From Tubiluchus corallicola (lineage: Eukaryota > Animalia > Priapulida), in assembly GCA_030141605.1 (NCBI GenBank), contig JAQGDQ010000168.1:186001-250000 (forward strand): a DNA stretch of 64,000 bases, in the 5' to 3' direction. Shown in pieces: positions 1-23,223 of this stretch. Under the pieces are notes generated by a model. That model had not been told where the DNA came from. It was given only the letters and a program-made list of their open reading frames with translations, and made no database searches. Within the stretch, counting starts at the first letter, position 1, and each line of letters begins with the position of its first letter. Position numbers and translations under genes: made by a program.

Positions 1-383
1 GTGTAACGTTTCAGGTTTTAACTCCACCTATCTTCAGACTATAAATCAAATTAATTTATAAGTAACTTGAAATGATAATAGAATTAAGCTTATTAGTGAT
101 AAAACAACGAAATGTTGAGCTGATGGGTAGATATCTGTGTGTAGTATAGCAGAAGCTATCTTTGATTGTATTAAATATTGATAAGAACCACATTTTATAA
201 GAATGTAAGTAAAATATCTACTTAATAAATTTCATTCGGATGCAACAACATCGTGTACATTTTTCTTCAAAGAATATTATACATATTTCAATAAACAATT
301 AGTAATTAGACGTAAAAAGAATAAATAATTTCTCAGATTCAGCTGTAAGTTTCAAATGCTGACTTGAATTTCAAACCTTGACA

Positions 384-1190
384 GGGTAGACGTGTCTTCC
401 AGAAGAAAAAAGTTTTTATGAGAAAAAGAAATTTTACAGAAATTATTTTTGCCAGAAAAATTTATCTATTCCTAGAAAAGTTTTCGCCGGAAAAAAATTG
501 CACAGATAACTTTTTGTGCCAGAAAAATCTTCCGAAAAAGAGATTTTTGAGGATGCCACTTCCTAAAATTGTTCCCCAAAACCATTATTTCATAGAACGT
601 AGAAATTAAGTTCAGAGAAAATGTAATCCTTTTTAAAGCTCAGTTAGACATCACGCAAAAGGAACACATGATGAAAATGTTGTAGATTATTCTAATTACG
701 TGTATTGATAGATATGGACCATATGATAAAAAATTTGGTCAGCGCTTGTTAAGGCAAAAAGTAGATTTGTAACGTCAGAACGATTAGGTAGCTAACTAAG
801 GTAGAAAAAGTTGAAATAACTTCTTCAATGTTTTGTTTCACTCTGGATGAATCTTAGCAGTGTATGCCACTGAAGAAAATGAATAGAGTAATAAACCTAA
901 AAATGCAGATTTCGCTGATGAAACTTAGCGCACTTGTTCATTTTGGGACGAGCAGAGTACCTAAGCGGTTATGGTGTGTGCTTGGCTAAAAAGGTAATCA
1001 ATGCCGGACCTGGCAACTGATTGGTTGGGTGACAACTCATAAGCACTTTCTTTCTTTGCGGTGCCGAAATATTTCGTTCATTTAGTGAAGATGTACAGAG
1101 AGGAAAATGGAGGGCAGAGAGAGAGAGAGGGAAGAGAGAGAGAAAAAGGTGGAGAGGGAGAAAAAGAGGACGAAAGAGGAATAGAGTGTG

Positions 1191-1249
<59 letters not shown>

Positions 1250-1506
1250 GGAGAAAAAGATAGAGGAGAGAAAGGGAGTGGTTGAAGAAATGGCGACGAA
1301 AGGAGAGAGAGCAGTAGGAAGGGAGTGGAATAGAGAAAAAGGCAAAGAGTTATGGAGAAATTGAAGGCTTTATCCTGCTAAAATAGCAAATCTTACAACT
1401 AAAAACCTGATAGTTGCCTTTTAAGGCAACTATCATTTTTCTTCCTTTCTAGAAAATGGTTTTCCACATAAAATATTTTCTGGAAAACACGTTTTCTGAG
1501 AACCCT
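384..1506. mobile_element. Possible old MITE with degenerate terminal inverted repeats
   Basis: cgtgtcttccagaa..ttttatgagaaa (~391-425) versus the reverse complement of tttccacataaaatattttctggaaaacacg (~1461-1491); short agaaaa subrepeats occur at 400-620. Confidence 0.4.
1116..1345. repeat. (AG)n microsatellite within a purine-rich tract
   Basis: Pure (GA)n at ~1196-1245, directly visible. Confidence 0.9.
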
Positions 1507-2619
1507 TTACTTTTGAGGTCGGTGCTTTTGACTCTGTAAAAACTCGTGCTGACCTCTATATTTTTAATCGTTTGCTGTGTCCCTGTGATCTATTGCAAAC
1601 AACTATTGCAGTCTTTAACCTTGTGCAATTATTAAACCAATTTTCGTCATGTAAGTTAATATATTGCTCTAGAAATACTTATGTAAGGACATTATTTGTA
1701 ACTAATTATATTTGTTTAGTCTATAACTAATTCGACGGAAAAGCTCATAATAAATAAGAATAACACGAGATATCATCTAATTTGCGTACACCCGGGTGGT
1801 ACGCAAAAAACTAAGAGCCCAACCAGTACATCTTCCACCAGTTTAAATTGAATATAAACAAATAATAAAAAAAGATCGGCAAGCTTTATTTTTTGCTAGC
1901 TGCTTAAAATTTCTGTCTCTTTTGTGACCTGTTTTGAACTGTAGGGGAAAGTTAGGCGGGTCGATACAATAATCCCTCTAACAAAAGCATAGTTTCTGTT
2001 TCAAATCAATAGAGTTCTAGCAACCTATGCCTGTTCGCTGTTGCGACAGGTGCAAACTTTACCTGTTGATGAACGATGAACTTACCTTTGTTGTTACTGC
2101 AAGAGATATTGCTAGGTCAAGACCTAAAGTAAAGACAAATTTGTAATTTTACTAAAAAGAGCAAATTTCATTTCAGAGGCGCAATATATCAATTCAGCTT
2201 TTCGTAGTAGTGACGCTTGTATGAGGTGCGTCTCTTTTGACGTCTCTTTTGACACACAATATAAAACAATATAAAAAAATGCGACAAAATTGTACTGTAA
2301 ACTATCTTTAAGTGAAAAAGAAAAGGCATATACGGCTTCTAAGTACAACTTTGTAATATAAGTACCAACAACTTGTTTACTATAGTCTGTTTTCTACAAC
2401 ATCAACAGTAGTGCAGAAAACAGACTTGAGTTGAAACTAAATACTATGAATTGTGTAGTCTCTTTTGTACTGTGGTGTGTAACAGACTATTCAATACATT
2501 TTGAAAAAGAAAAGAAAATAAACTGTACGAGTTGGACTATTGGACTATGGACACGTTAAATACGAGACAGTGGATCAAATATCTGACATTGTCTGTAGAT
2601 CTTCTTATTTGTTCATTCG

Positions 2620-3252
2620 CAGGTATAGTTCTTCTTCAGATTTTTTTAGTTTTTTTTGAAAAATGACGTCAATGCTGTCATCTTGAATTCCAGAAGGCAG
2701 ATCAAAAATTCAACTCTTTCAATCGATGCAAACTCTTTCTAGTATGTTCTTATGAAGTTTCGTTGACTTCTGGAAATGAAAGGATGAAAAATTGATTACT
2801 TCAACTGATGCAGAGTTCGTTCTATTATATCCTTGTCAAGATTCATGACAATCCGTTGTGGAATCATGTAGTCATCTCATTTTTTTTCAAAAATGATATT
2901 TTTTATCGCTGCCATCTTGAATCTAAGAAACAAATAAAAAATCCGACTGCTTCAGTTAATGATGAGTTCGTGCTAGATTCTACCTTGTAAGATTTCGCGA
3001 TGATTTATTGTGAATTCGTAGAGCCTTGGCTTTTTCTGAAACGATGATATTGCTGCCATCTTGATTTCAAGGGGGCAGATCGAAAAACCGACTTCGTTGG
3101 TCGATGTCCAATTCTTTTTGGTACGTTTTTAAGAAGCGTCATGACGATCCAAAATTCACGCTGTCTTAGGTTTTTTCAAAGACGTCATCCCTAACAAGAA
3201 TAAAAAAAACTCCAGAAGATTAGCGATTTGGGGTCGAATCTCTCGACTATAA
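2620..3252 (+). repeat. Diverged tandem array with terminal hairpin (Helitron/Helentron-associated type)
   Basis: Three units containing gctg(t/c)catcttga..cagatc/caaata..aaaa..c(g/a)act at ~2674, ~2908 and ~3052, ending with the hairpin gtcga-atctc-tcgac followed by tataa at ~3232-3251. Confidence 0.55.
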
Positions 3253-4288
3253 ATAAGGCATTTCAGTTTGTGAAGTTTTTCATGCATATGCTATTTGTTT
3301 TGTCTTTTCTTTCTTAAAAAAACTGGAAAGCAACAACAGACAGAAAAACCTTGCAAGAAGAGAAAAGGATCAGAACCGATTATTTACTATTAATTGTTCA
3401 TAATCTTAATTTCAAGGATATCCATTAATAAAGCAATTGATTGATTGATTGATTAATTTTTGATTGAATAAAGCAATTAACACACAATATTGAATCTCTG
3501 GAACAAAAGGAGTTTTGAAAGGAAGAAAACCCGAAAAATCGGGCTCAAACTGGATTTGTACCAGGTACCAGAGCTGAGCTTGAATTGTTTACGATACTTT
3601 ACTGTCATCGCTTGTCCTACTGACCTTTATATTATATTATGATAGGTAACCTAATCTCTAATTACAATGACCACGTTGGATCGGATCACAAAGAATAATT
3701 TATTGAACTTTTAGTTGTCTCGGTAATGGTGTTGCGTGGTGGTAATTTTCATCATAGAGTCATCTTGTTCGTAAAATATTTAGTCACATATACTATTTTA
3801 TCTGTTTATGATTGCTAGCGGCAATAATAACACAAAAATCCCACATGATTGCCCAAGCCAAGGCAAGAAAAACCAGTCAGAAAGACGACACGACGACAAT
3901 GAAAATTTCCCGATCTTGAGCCACTAAATAGAGCAAAACTAATTGAGTTAGATAATTAACGTCTCTCGCAGCAGGATCCACTAATCACAAGTTTCGTCCA
4001 CCAGCCCACCGCTAACATTGCAGTTCTGAGAAGTTATGAGAATTGTTCTCCAATTCTTTATTACTTAGTATTTTTTGCAAACTTCTTCATTGATCCTAAT
4101 GATGACGACAGTGACGACAATGAGTAGGATGAAGACGGTGGTGAGAATAATGGCGCGACCAGAATAAATTGGGTGATTATAAAGGAGAATATTTACAGTT
4201 TACAAAGGGGATGTTCAAAGTGTTAGGAATCGTTTGACACAATGAGACTGAGTTAAATAAGACTCACGGTCTGTTATTGAATTTTCAG

Positions 4289-4472
4289 ATAAAAATGTAA
4301 TGGTGCTATTGGATCTCGCTGATAAATACAAAATGGTGGAAGTAAACAGACGATGTGAGACTTGCTTGTTGTCAAGGAAACCAAGTGTGACTCTTCTTGT
4401 TACGGCTCAAACCTACCGCTTAAATTCTCTGTTAGAAAAATGCATAACTTCATTGCGTCACCGAACATTCAG
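4289..4472 (+). CDS. Internal exon of a BTB/POZ-domain protein (C-terminal BTB helices plus following helical region)
   Basis: Acceptor ttttcAG ends at 4288 and donor GTaaag starts at 4473; the 184-nt exon is phase 1 to phase 2. It translates to KNVMVLLDLADKYKMVEVNRRCETCLLSRKPSVTLLVTAQTYRLNSLLEKCITSLRHRTF, matching the BTB C-terminal pattern NV..LL.LADKY.......CE..L. It splices in frame to the exon at 5133. The upstream BTB exons were not found in the window. Confidence 0.85.
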
Positions 4473-5132
4473 GTAAAGGTCTACGTGGCACTTTTATATT
4501 TTTCCTTTACTTGTGATAACTGCTACTTAATAATCACGTGCGGATCTCAGTACAAAGGGCATTCGTAAAAAACGCACTAAAGCAATACAAATTTAGAGAA
4601 GCTGAAAAACGTTTGTTCTTCCACGGGCACTCGACTTTCTACTTTCCGGGCAGATGTGTTATTCACTACACGCGTCTTATCGCAATTGGCAACTTTAGAA
4701 GCTATTGAAAACTTGTCGCGTCTACCACTAGAGATTTTAATATGTGTTATGAAGCCCTATGGTAATGACGAGTTCAATTATATCTTACTTCTTTAATATT
4801 TTTACAAATGCACTGCTTGCGGTCTTGCTGGCTAGCTCATTGTATGAAGGAACGAAACTGGCACAATTTGCGTAATTACGTAGTAACCGGGCAGCTGATT
4901 AAGCCATTATAAAACTAAAAAGTGTAGCTTAGGAAAAAGTATGAGTATTTTCTGAACTCTAATGTATATGCAGAAGTTAAAAACGTTTGCCGATTAATAC
5001 AGCGAAAAACAAAATTGTCGTAAAAGCTATGCTTCAAGATACAACGTCAAACTGTCAGTGTCTTTCAGTGCAAGGTCCAATTGTGATTCTAATTTTACTA
5101 ACCTTATACTAATTTACAATTCTTGTTTTTAG

Positions 5133-7146
5133 AGATTTGCAGAGAGAAAAGAGATTCAAGGAAATAAGTGATGACAATATGGTTAAGCTTTTCAGCCAAA
5201 AAATCAAACAACTGGAAACGAAGACAACAGTTGCTCAACAGAAAGAGAAAATTCAAAATGAAAAATTTGAAGAAATGCAAAGAATGTTCAACGAAATTAA
5301 GGTCCTTAGTCAAAAGCCTACCGCGGGAGGGCAGCGTGAACGTGAGGACATAATCCGGAAGTGTGACCGTGCCATGGACATCCTTCGGCAAGCTGTGCCG
5401 GAAATATCGCGGTCCTCACTCGATGAAGATGGACAGTTTTCACACGAAGACTTGTCTACAATACTAGATCCCGATGACTACGACATGAATGACGATGAAG
5501 AACGCAATCAATTGCAACAAGCGCTAGAAGACGTTGATAATTACAATAACGAGTTAGATGATGGTTCTAGTCTATTTGAAAATAAAGAAAGTGAGGAAAG
5601 TGGCTACGGCTCTAAACAATCCCGGCCTTCAACAACGACGATAAGTGATCGCAAAACACCCAACACTTTGAACTGGGATGGTCCAATTAAGATTCCAGAC
5701 GATGAAGGTGGTAGTTCACTGGGCGGATCAGAAGAAAACTTACCAGAATCGTCGTCGAACGTATTGATAACTAAAGATGACATGGCTATAGACGAGCCTG
5801 AAAAAACTGATCTAGTAGAGAGTCGTCCAAATTCTACGGCAGGACGCATTGAAAGTGCAAAGTTTCGGGCAAACACAGAAAGTGAAGGACTTGAAACATT
5901 GCAAACTAGCGTCGCCAGCAGAGGTCCTTCCAGAGTTGCCGACGACGGCAGGGCAAAGTCTCAAGCTTTGACTAAAGACGACTTTTTCGATAACGAAGAG
6001 GAAACAAATAACCAGAATAACAACAGTCTAAAAATTCAGGAGACTGAGAAACCAAATAGCGGCATCAGAACAGATATATCAAACACGCATGAAGGCACAA
6101 ATGACAGTGCTTACTCCTTTATCCATGGTAAGTACGAAAACACTGCAGGAACAGACGAGTTTGGGTTTGGGTCGCAACGTGACCTACATGATATACGAGA
6201 GGAAGAAAAAGACGACGAGAGGAACAGAGGAATAGAGTTACAATCTCAAAGTGATGCGACCAATTCTGAAAGTTCTGATTACGAGGATACGACTGCCGAA
6301 GAAGAAGAGAATGATCTTGAAAATCCTGTCTCAAGATTTGAAAATGAGTTAGACAAACATCAACAAGATGAAATGGATGAAGAATTTATAAAAGCAACAA
6401 CTGAAGAACCGACTAATATTCCAGAGAAATACAAAGAGAATCTGCTGGGAACAGGCGATAAAATATTCACGGCTAAACCATTCAATGACAGACTTAAAAG
6501 TTTGAATGAAAATCAAATGGACAGAACAAGTTATCAGAAAACCCCTTTACCAGATCCCAAGGCGAGTGAAATAAAAGAAGAAATATTCGGACGGGAAGGA
6601 CACAAAAACAGTGCTGCTAGAAAAACCGAAGAAGAAATAGATATCTTGTTAGGACTGAGAAAAATCTCAGGAGAGGAAAGTCAAAATGTAGCTGCTACTC
6701 AGAATGTAAAAAACGAACGCAAAGGAAGAGAGAGTGTCATATCTTTGCGGCAAGCTCTTGATAGTAGGACAGAGGCTGGTCCTAGTCGCACAGGTCTTGG
6801 GAATGCTTCACAACATCAACTAAAATCTCGATTTCCTCCACTATCAAAATCAGAGTCGAACCTGGAACCTACTTGGCTTGAGGAACTTAAGGGCGGTACC
6901 ACCAAGCATACTGGTCGACGCTACTCTTATGCTAATGTACCTGAATGGTTGCATCAGAACAACGTCAATCCAAGAGATGATGTGGATCTAGAATCACTCA
7001 AGGACGAATTCCATTTGGGACGACGAGCTCGCAGTTCAGAAGAGAAGACAACCGAATCAGACGTGCTACCATCGCTAGAACAGAATCAGAAAACAACTGG
7101 ACAATCAACACCAGAAGTTTTGCCAGGCAAAGCTTTGCGATACTAA
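5133..7146 (+). CDS. Terminal exon of the BTB/POZ-domain gene: coiled-coil followed by a long acidic, disordered tail
   Basis: A 2-kb open frame in AT-rich DNA, preceded by branch-like ctaat (~5109), a pyrimidine tract and AG at 5131-5132. The junction AG|A gives Arg, then DLQREKRFKEISDDNMVKLFSQKIKQLE. Stop TAA ends at 7146, with AATAAA signals near 7320 and 7377. The ORF-track TTG start is not a real start codon. Confidence 0.88.
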
Positions 7147-8543
7147 ATGATGCAAATTAAAATTTCATTTTGTTTCATAATCTTTTGTGTGGAGTTTTTA
7201 TTGTATAATGAGCTAAAATATGTTTGTTTGGGATGTAAACAGTTAGAGTTTTGATTATTAGGGCCACTTGAATGAATCGTATCCTAAACGTACTTAACAG
7301 ACTTTAATAACGGATTTGTAATAAAACAAATAGTTCATGCATCGTTATTATCAAAAGCTGTAAACAAATTCTTGAAAATAAATGTAGAAATGCACGTGTA
7401 CAGAAGACAGCAAATGTTTAAGGGCTTACACCTTAGGTATTTGTGATACTGTGATACTTACGGCACTTTGTGATATTAGAACACACAATTTTGATGAATA
7501 AAGAAATGTTTGCTTATCGGCCAATAGTCAGTCAGTTAACCAATCAGTCTTTGTGTATAGATTACAAGGAGCTCTCTCACTTATACTTTAACCATTTAGA
7601 TTTTAACCGTTTTGAACTTTCTATTTTGCTGTATCACGAAGTAATATGCTACAATAATATTAGTAATTGAAATATTTTTACCCCAGTTTTAAGTTTACAT
7701 GTAGAAAAAGTCTGAAGCTTTGAATAACAGTTAACTTCTTCGTTGAAGAGATACAACTATGTGAATAATGATGAAAATAATGATATACTTTTGCATTCTG
7801 AATTGCAAAGAATTAGATAACTATTTTAATTTCCTTTTGTGTAAGTGCCGTCGTTACCGATTTTACTCATTTTATCATTGCGTTTTGTCAGCGTTTAATG
7901 TCTAAGTTATTTAAAGATAAATTAACGGCCCATACTTGAGGGCAAATAAATCAATAATTTAATTTGGCAGTAAAACACTATGTTTTTGTTTGAACGAATT
8001 TCGACTAGGTCTACTGTACAGATTAATTTGCTACGAGAACTGAAAAACTAAACACAAGAATAATAGGAAGAATGAGATGTAGAAAAGTATTTGTTATTTA
8101 ATAGAAGATTAACGTCGTTGAAAAATGCTTTATCTGCTTGTAACGACGTAGCTTATATTATTCGGTACAATAATTTTATAGTACCAAGAAACCTCAGTTC
8201 ATTGTACTAATTTTGCATTCTGATCATGATTTATTTCACCTCATCGAATGCTGTTCCGACTTTCGATGAGGATTCGCGAAAGTTTCAAAATGACTTACAA
8301 GGACACATACCCAGTATAGCAACCCACCCAATGTCAAAAATTTTTTTTGTCTATTTATTGACCGGAAAAGCTTCAAGTTATAAATTGAAATCCTTTATGC
8401 AAGTTAAAAACCGGAATCCTGTACATTTTGAAAATGCGGTCGCACTAGCTAAGTCAGTGATTACGATAGTTAATCAACGCAAAGCTTCTTTAGTAAATAA
8501 ATGAGTTGTTGTGAGGTTGTTAGCAGGCAAAAGTTTATAATTC

Positions 8544-8546
<3 letters not shown>

Positions 8547-8594
<48 letters not shown>
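8547..8594. repeat. (AG)n microsatellite
   Basis: Directly visible. Confidence 0.95.
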
Positions 8595-8599
<5 letters not shown>

Positions 8600-8778
8600 G
8601 AGAAACAGAATAGTGTCTTTATAGTAAGCGCCTCATAACTGCCTACGGTTGTCTTTTTGTCTGTCATTGATCAGTATGTTTCGGTTTTTATAATATTCAT
8701 TACCTCATACATTTCACATATTTTAAGGGCAGTTTTCAGATAACTCCCTTGAAGCAAGCTTAGATTCGGTTCCGTTCG

Positions 8779-9589
8779 AAAAATGGCGTGCGGCTATCCG
8801 ACACGTTATCACGGTCGATTATAGCTCTAGGCGTTTAGTAAATTCTTGTTTTGCCGACCAGTTTTAGAACGTTCACTAGCTTGGTGTTTAGCTTGTCAGT
8901 CGAACGTGAATTTAAAATGCTGACGGTGTTTACCTGTTTGAAACATCGTGCCAATCGTATAAGTATGCCGTAATTGCGCAGACGAAACATTGGTGTCAAC
9001 TTAAGAAAGTTTTTTGTTTGGAAGTCCGTACTTGTAAGCTAGGAGCCATAGTCAGTGCTTTCGCCGCGGGGATAATTTCTTTTGTTGATTTTGCGTCACA
9101 GTCTTTAGTTCAGCGAGTGACATTGTTCTTTTCCATGGTGTAGTTTTGTGTTTGCAAACCTAGTAAGTAAATTATAGCCTGCAGCAGCAGACACCGTAAA
9201 AAGAAAATAATTTAGATTCATTATCGTCAGAAATCTGCTTCAGTAATTTTCATGGTAGCAGATCACTTGCAACAGGTTGGTTATCTTTAGATTTTTACAA
9301 ATGTACCTAAGAAAAAATACACATAAGCGTTTATTTTTTCGTGAATCATGTCATGAAATTGTTATTGTATGCAAATTTATGACTTTGCGCTAGCTTGGTT
9401 GTCGCAGTTTTTTTGGCAACAATAATAGAAGTGTAGAGCGAGTATAATGAATATAATTATATTGTAAGTTTTTATATTTGCTCATTCCGAACTCAGAAAG
9501 CTGGGTATCTGTAATTTTAAAAGTGATTAACCATTAATTATTAGTTTAAAGTTGCCTCGACTAACTATTCGTTTCAACCTCCATTACAG
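8779..9589 (+). promoter_or_regulatory. Probable promoter, 5' UTR exon and first intron of the four-TM gene
   Basis: YY1-like AAAATGGCG at ~8780 in a locally CpG-richer stretch, donor GTAAGT at 9163, branch point gaCTAAC at 9561 and acceptor ttacAG ending at 9589, upstream of the ATG at 9698. The assignment is inferred from motifs only. Confidence 0.4.
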
Positions 9590-9697
9590 ATGTTTCTTGT
9601 CTTCACGTGGACGTTTTTAATACTTACCAAAAGTTATGGTTTAATCGGTCTACAAAACATAAACTTGTTGTGAATTTAGCATAAAGAAATATTCAAA

Positions 9698-10405
9698 ATG
9701 TGTTTTAAAGATGGAATAGCTGATTTTGACACCGCTTCGAAGGAACCGGCACCGAAATTCCAGCAACATTTGTATCTTGTGTACAAAAGCTCCATTCCGC
9801 ACATGATTGGCAGTGTCATCGTTGTCGCTGTCGCTGCCGCCACGGGTATATTGAAATTAGTAGAACTATCGCTATATAGTTACTGGTTTAACTCCATGAA
9901 TGTGAAATTTCCGTATTTTGGTGCTATCATAATGGACTTCGTGTGTGTTGTTCTGGCGTTTTTCGTCTGCTTAGTGGCAGCAATTATGACATTGAAAACC
10001 AAACCGCTGGACATCAACAGTGACCTAAAGCCCCTCCATGTGGCTTTTAAATGGTCAGTGGCGTCCACGATCTGTGCAATACTAATCGCTATTTTCAGTT
10101 TTTGGCATTTCGTCGTGTTATTGATTCATTTTCGATTATATTGGTTTTATTACGCTCTGATTGGACTCTACCTGGGCATATTGTTAGGTTGCATCGTGAT
10201 AATAGATGGCTCTGTTCAGTGCTGTGTAAAAGCCCGCGCCGCCTGGCGGGAATTGAGTACAAATGAACTAACTGTGGAATTGCAGCCAGCGGAAATTGTT
10301 TTTCCTCCCGCTGATCTCACGTTTCCACATCCGGCTGATCCGAGGGATTTAAACAGAGCTTATTATGATAATTTGCCTGGTCGAATAAATATGGCTTATT
10401 TGTAG
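9698..10405 (+). CDS. Four-transmembrane membrane protein, MS4A/CD20-like topology, single coding exon (235 aa)
   Basis: Uninterrupted ORF with a good start context (caaaATG). It has four hydrophobic segments (HMIGSVIVVAVAAATGIL; FGAIIMDFVCVVLAFFVCLVAAIM; SVASTICAILIAIFSFWHFVVLL; FYYALIGLYLGILLGCIVII), a CC motif after TM4 and a Pro-rich C-tail. The family call rests on topology only. Confidence 0.75.
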   Translation: MCFKDGIADFDTASKEPAPKFQQHLYLVYKSSIPHMIGSVIVVAVAAATGILKLVELSLYSYWFNSMNVKFPYFGAIIMDFVCVVLAFFVCLVAAIMTLKTKPLDINSDLKPLHVAFKWSVASTICAILIAIFSFWHFVVLLIHFRLYWFYYALIGLYLGILLGCIVIIDGSVQCCVKARAAWRELSTNELTVELQPAEIVFPPADLTFPHPADPRDLNRAYYDNLPGRINMAYL

Positions 10406-13400
10406 CTATTTCACTTGTTAACACCTTTCACTTTTAGGCTTTGCTGGTAGTCTTGGATAAGACGACGCATTGCTTATAACATTGCGTTTTATGCGGATAA
10501 ATTGGATTATACTTAGAGTGTCGCAATCTTGATACTATTTTTATTTCGGCATTTCAGGATCAAGATCGAAGCCAATCCGTGATCAGGAGATAGGCTTTGT
10601 CAAACTATGTCATTGTAATTGTCTAATCTAATCTAAACTACGTCATCTTAAAATGAAAATTTTCATCTTGTACTCATGCGACGTACTCATGCGTTATGCG
10701 TGTATATAACACAGGCAAATTAAACTTCGCATTGCTAAATTGTAAAATACAGAATTCATAAACAAGCTCTAAGAGAAGAATCGTGGTATTAATAACTCAA
10801 AATTAATTTAGTGATTTATGAAGATTTGAAGATAATTTCCATATTGTCTTTTTAACTAGACCAACGTGAAAGGTGATGTAACTGATACAGTAGGTGTGGC
10901 AACTATAATTAAGTGAAGCTCACGTCACATGTATTTTGGCTACTTACCTCTTGCACTGTTCCTGGGATCCAGGAACTGACAGCAGTAGTCCCAGGATTGG
11001 AAGTATGTCTGAGATTCCAAGTCTAGGAATTAAGTAATCCTCGGTGCTGGGACTCACTACACTTGGTAAAGATGCTATTCATTTAGATAAAATACAATAC
11101 ACAACCCGAGGGCCATTTTAGCTTGCTTGCAAAAGTTGCTCACTGCTGTAAGCTCAGTAAGTCCGAGGCAGTGTTCTGGCGAGCTGAGGCTGTTGTCGAA
11201 AGTATGTAAACATGCTCACATATATTACAGATATGTTCCAGGAGCCCATATACATAACATAAGTTGTTTGGGAGTATAAACAGTAAGAAATTCATAAGGC
11301 ATGTGAAGTCACAACAACACTAATGCTTTTTATTATCTTTCTAAAAATAGTGAGAACATCTCAGTTTGAGGAAAGGTATTAAACCAGATCATAATTATCA
11401 ATATGCAATAAAGGCGGTTAACTCATTTATCAACCTTTTGACTTGTGACTACTGCCAATTAAAATTATTCTTAATTAACAAAGAATTAACGAACTTAAAA
11501 AAAGCAACAAATCCACCCATTCAACAAATCACGACTTCTAGTGTTTATTTTTATTTTTCTGTTAATTAAGGCACAAGCAATGATACTTAGTGGTTTTCGT
11601 CTTTTCGTTAACCAAATTCCTACAAGCTTGTGGTTATTCTGCTATAAAAGTACGGAGCTGTGACCAGTTAAATAACGCACATTTGACAAAAATATGAATG
11701 TTTTGCAATGTTGCACTTGGCCGAATAAAGTCTTATTAGTTAAAAAAAGACAATAGTTGATAAGAGCTTGCTTGCAAGTTCATTTTCTTTATAGAAACGA
11801 TTCCACTTTTAATACATTTTATCGTATGTTAAAAGTAAATTCGACGTGCACAGACTGACTACATAAAGAAAACCGGGCCCAATCTTAAACTGTAGGTCAA
11901 AATAATTCAAGAATTGAAAGGAAACATACTATTTTTTCAAAAACGATTTACGTGAAAGAATTATTACCACACAAACACAATTTCACGTTCGCGAGACTAG
12001 TTCTTCGCTGTTACATGCACTTCGCTATTCGCTAGTTAGACGGGCACTAGCGCGTGCATTTCGGAAACGCATTACACAAAAAAAAACAGTTGCTGTACTT
12101 CTCAGTTCAGGTGTGTTAGTTTGTGACGAATTACACACGTTCGACAGCTCATGCGTGAGTACAGCGGTATATTCGAAATTCGAATTTTTATCTTAAAACT
12201 TGCCTAATTTTAGTATTACATACTGAATCTCTTACAGTAGCACTATACTTCAATTTTCGCTTTCGCAAACACGTGCAACACGCTTGTGGAAAATTTTTGC
12301 TGTTTAAAATTATGTTAGTTTGTGATGTCATCAACAGTTGGGCTCGCCCACTGTTAATTAAGTGTTTAATCTATAATTTAATTACAAGAAAGCTTTTGCC
12401 CTAATAATTGTGTTAAAAAGTTTAGTTTTATCAAATTTGAAAATGGGGTAGTATATGATAAATCATCTCGTCTTCCTTGAAGTTAAAATTAACAGAGCAT
12501 AGACAGTGGGGGAGGAAGCACACAGTAGTCGCTCATAAATATTACCGGCAATTTTCTAAACAGAAACGTATTGATGCTACACATATTTACACACAACAAG
12601 GCATAATACAAGTGTAACGATATTACAACGCCGAGCCCGACACAGAGATCAAGCACCCCAGCTCTGTACACAATACCCTCACTATACCACATAACAATCA
12701 TTAAAGCATTAACATCAAAACTCCCCTCCGTAATAGGATAACTAAGTACTAAGCGCTTAATTTGTGAGTAAATGGTGCTAAATTGCTATAACAAACAACA
12801 TATTATTCCGATACAACCTCACAATAGTAGCCTGGCTTGTTCTTTATTCAGTTTGCCGCTCTCTCAATCAATTCACTCAGATCAGTAATTGTGGGGTAAT
12901 CTTGTTCCTTAGTAATTATATTATATTTTAAAGAAGATTTATGCGACTTCTCAATACAAGACTGTGTAATTATCGAAAATCGTTTACATATTTAAAAAAC
13001 AAAGAACAATTTGGGTTTTACAAGATTCTAAAAATTGCATTGAAGACATTCCAGCAAATCATTTTAAGCAAAGTAATGAATAAACTTTACTGTGAATTCT
13101 AATGAATTATACTGCGAATGAAGGTTTATATTTCAAAATATTTACTGTTTTCAACCCTGACACATTTACTTTTTGCCAATGAACGAAATTTACAATTATT
13201 TTAAAGCAAGCACTAACAGTTTTCAACACAATGACACTTATAATTGTGTCAATTACAAATGTAGACATACTCACACATGTTATATAAGCAAATTGAGTTT
13301 TCACTTTATTTCAAGTCATTTATAATATATCATTTTATCTCGGATCTTTTCCATAAAAATAATATATTGCAAAATGCCTTTCATATACTAATAAGTAGCA

Positions 13401-13695
13401 GTTATATTTTAATTGCTCAAAACTGAAATATGTGAATAAGATTGCTTAAACCCATCATTCTGGTTTTAATGCTAAAGCAAGCTACGCGGTATTTAAGGAC
13501 TTACCAAATGTTTTTTTGCTCAAACGTCAGTTTTGTAATAACATTCGTGTATACAAGAATAATATAAGCTTAGCTTATCATTTCTAAAAACTATGACAGT
13601 AAAAAATTCACTTAGCTTGCCAAAGCTGTGCTGGTTCTTGCAAACTATTATAACAGGAAAAATAACGCAACGACGTTTGGCTGGTCGAGCATTAA

Positions 13696-23223
<9,528 letters not shown>

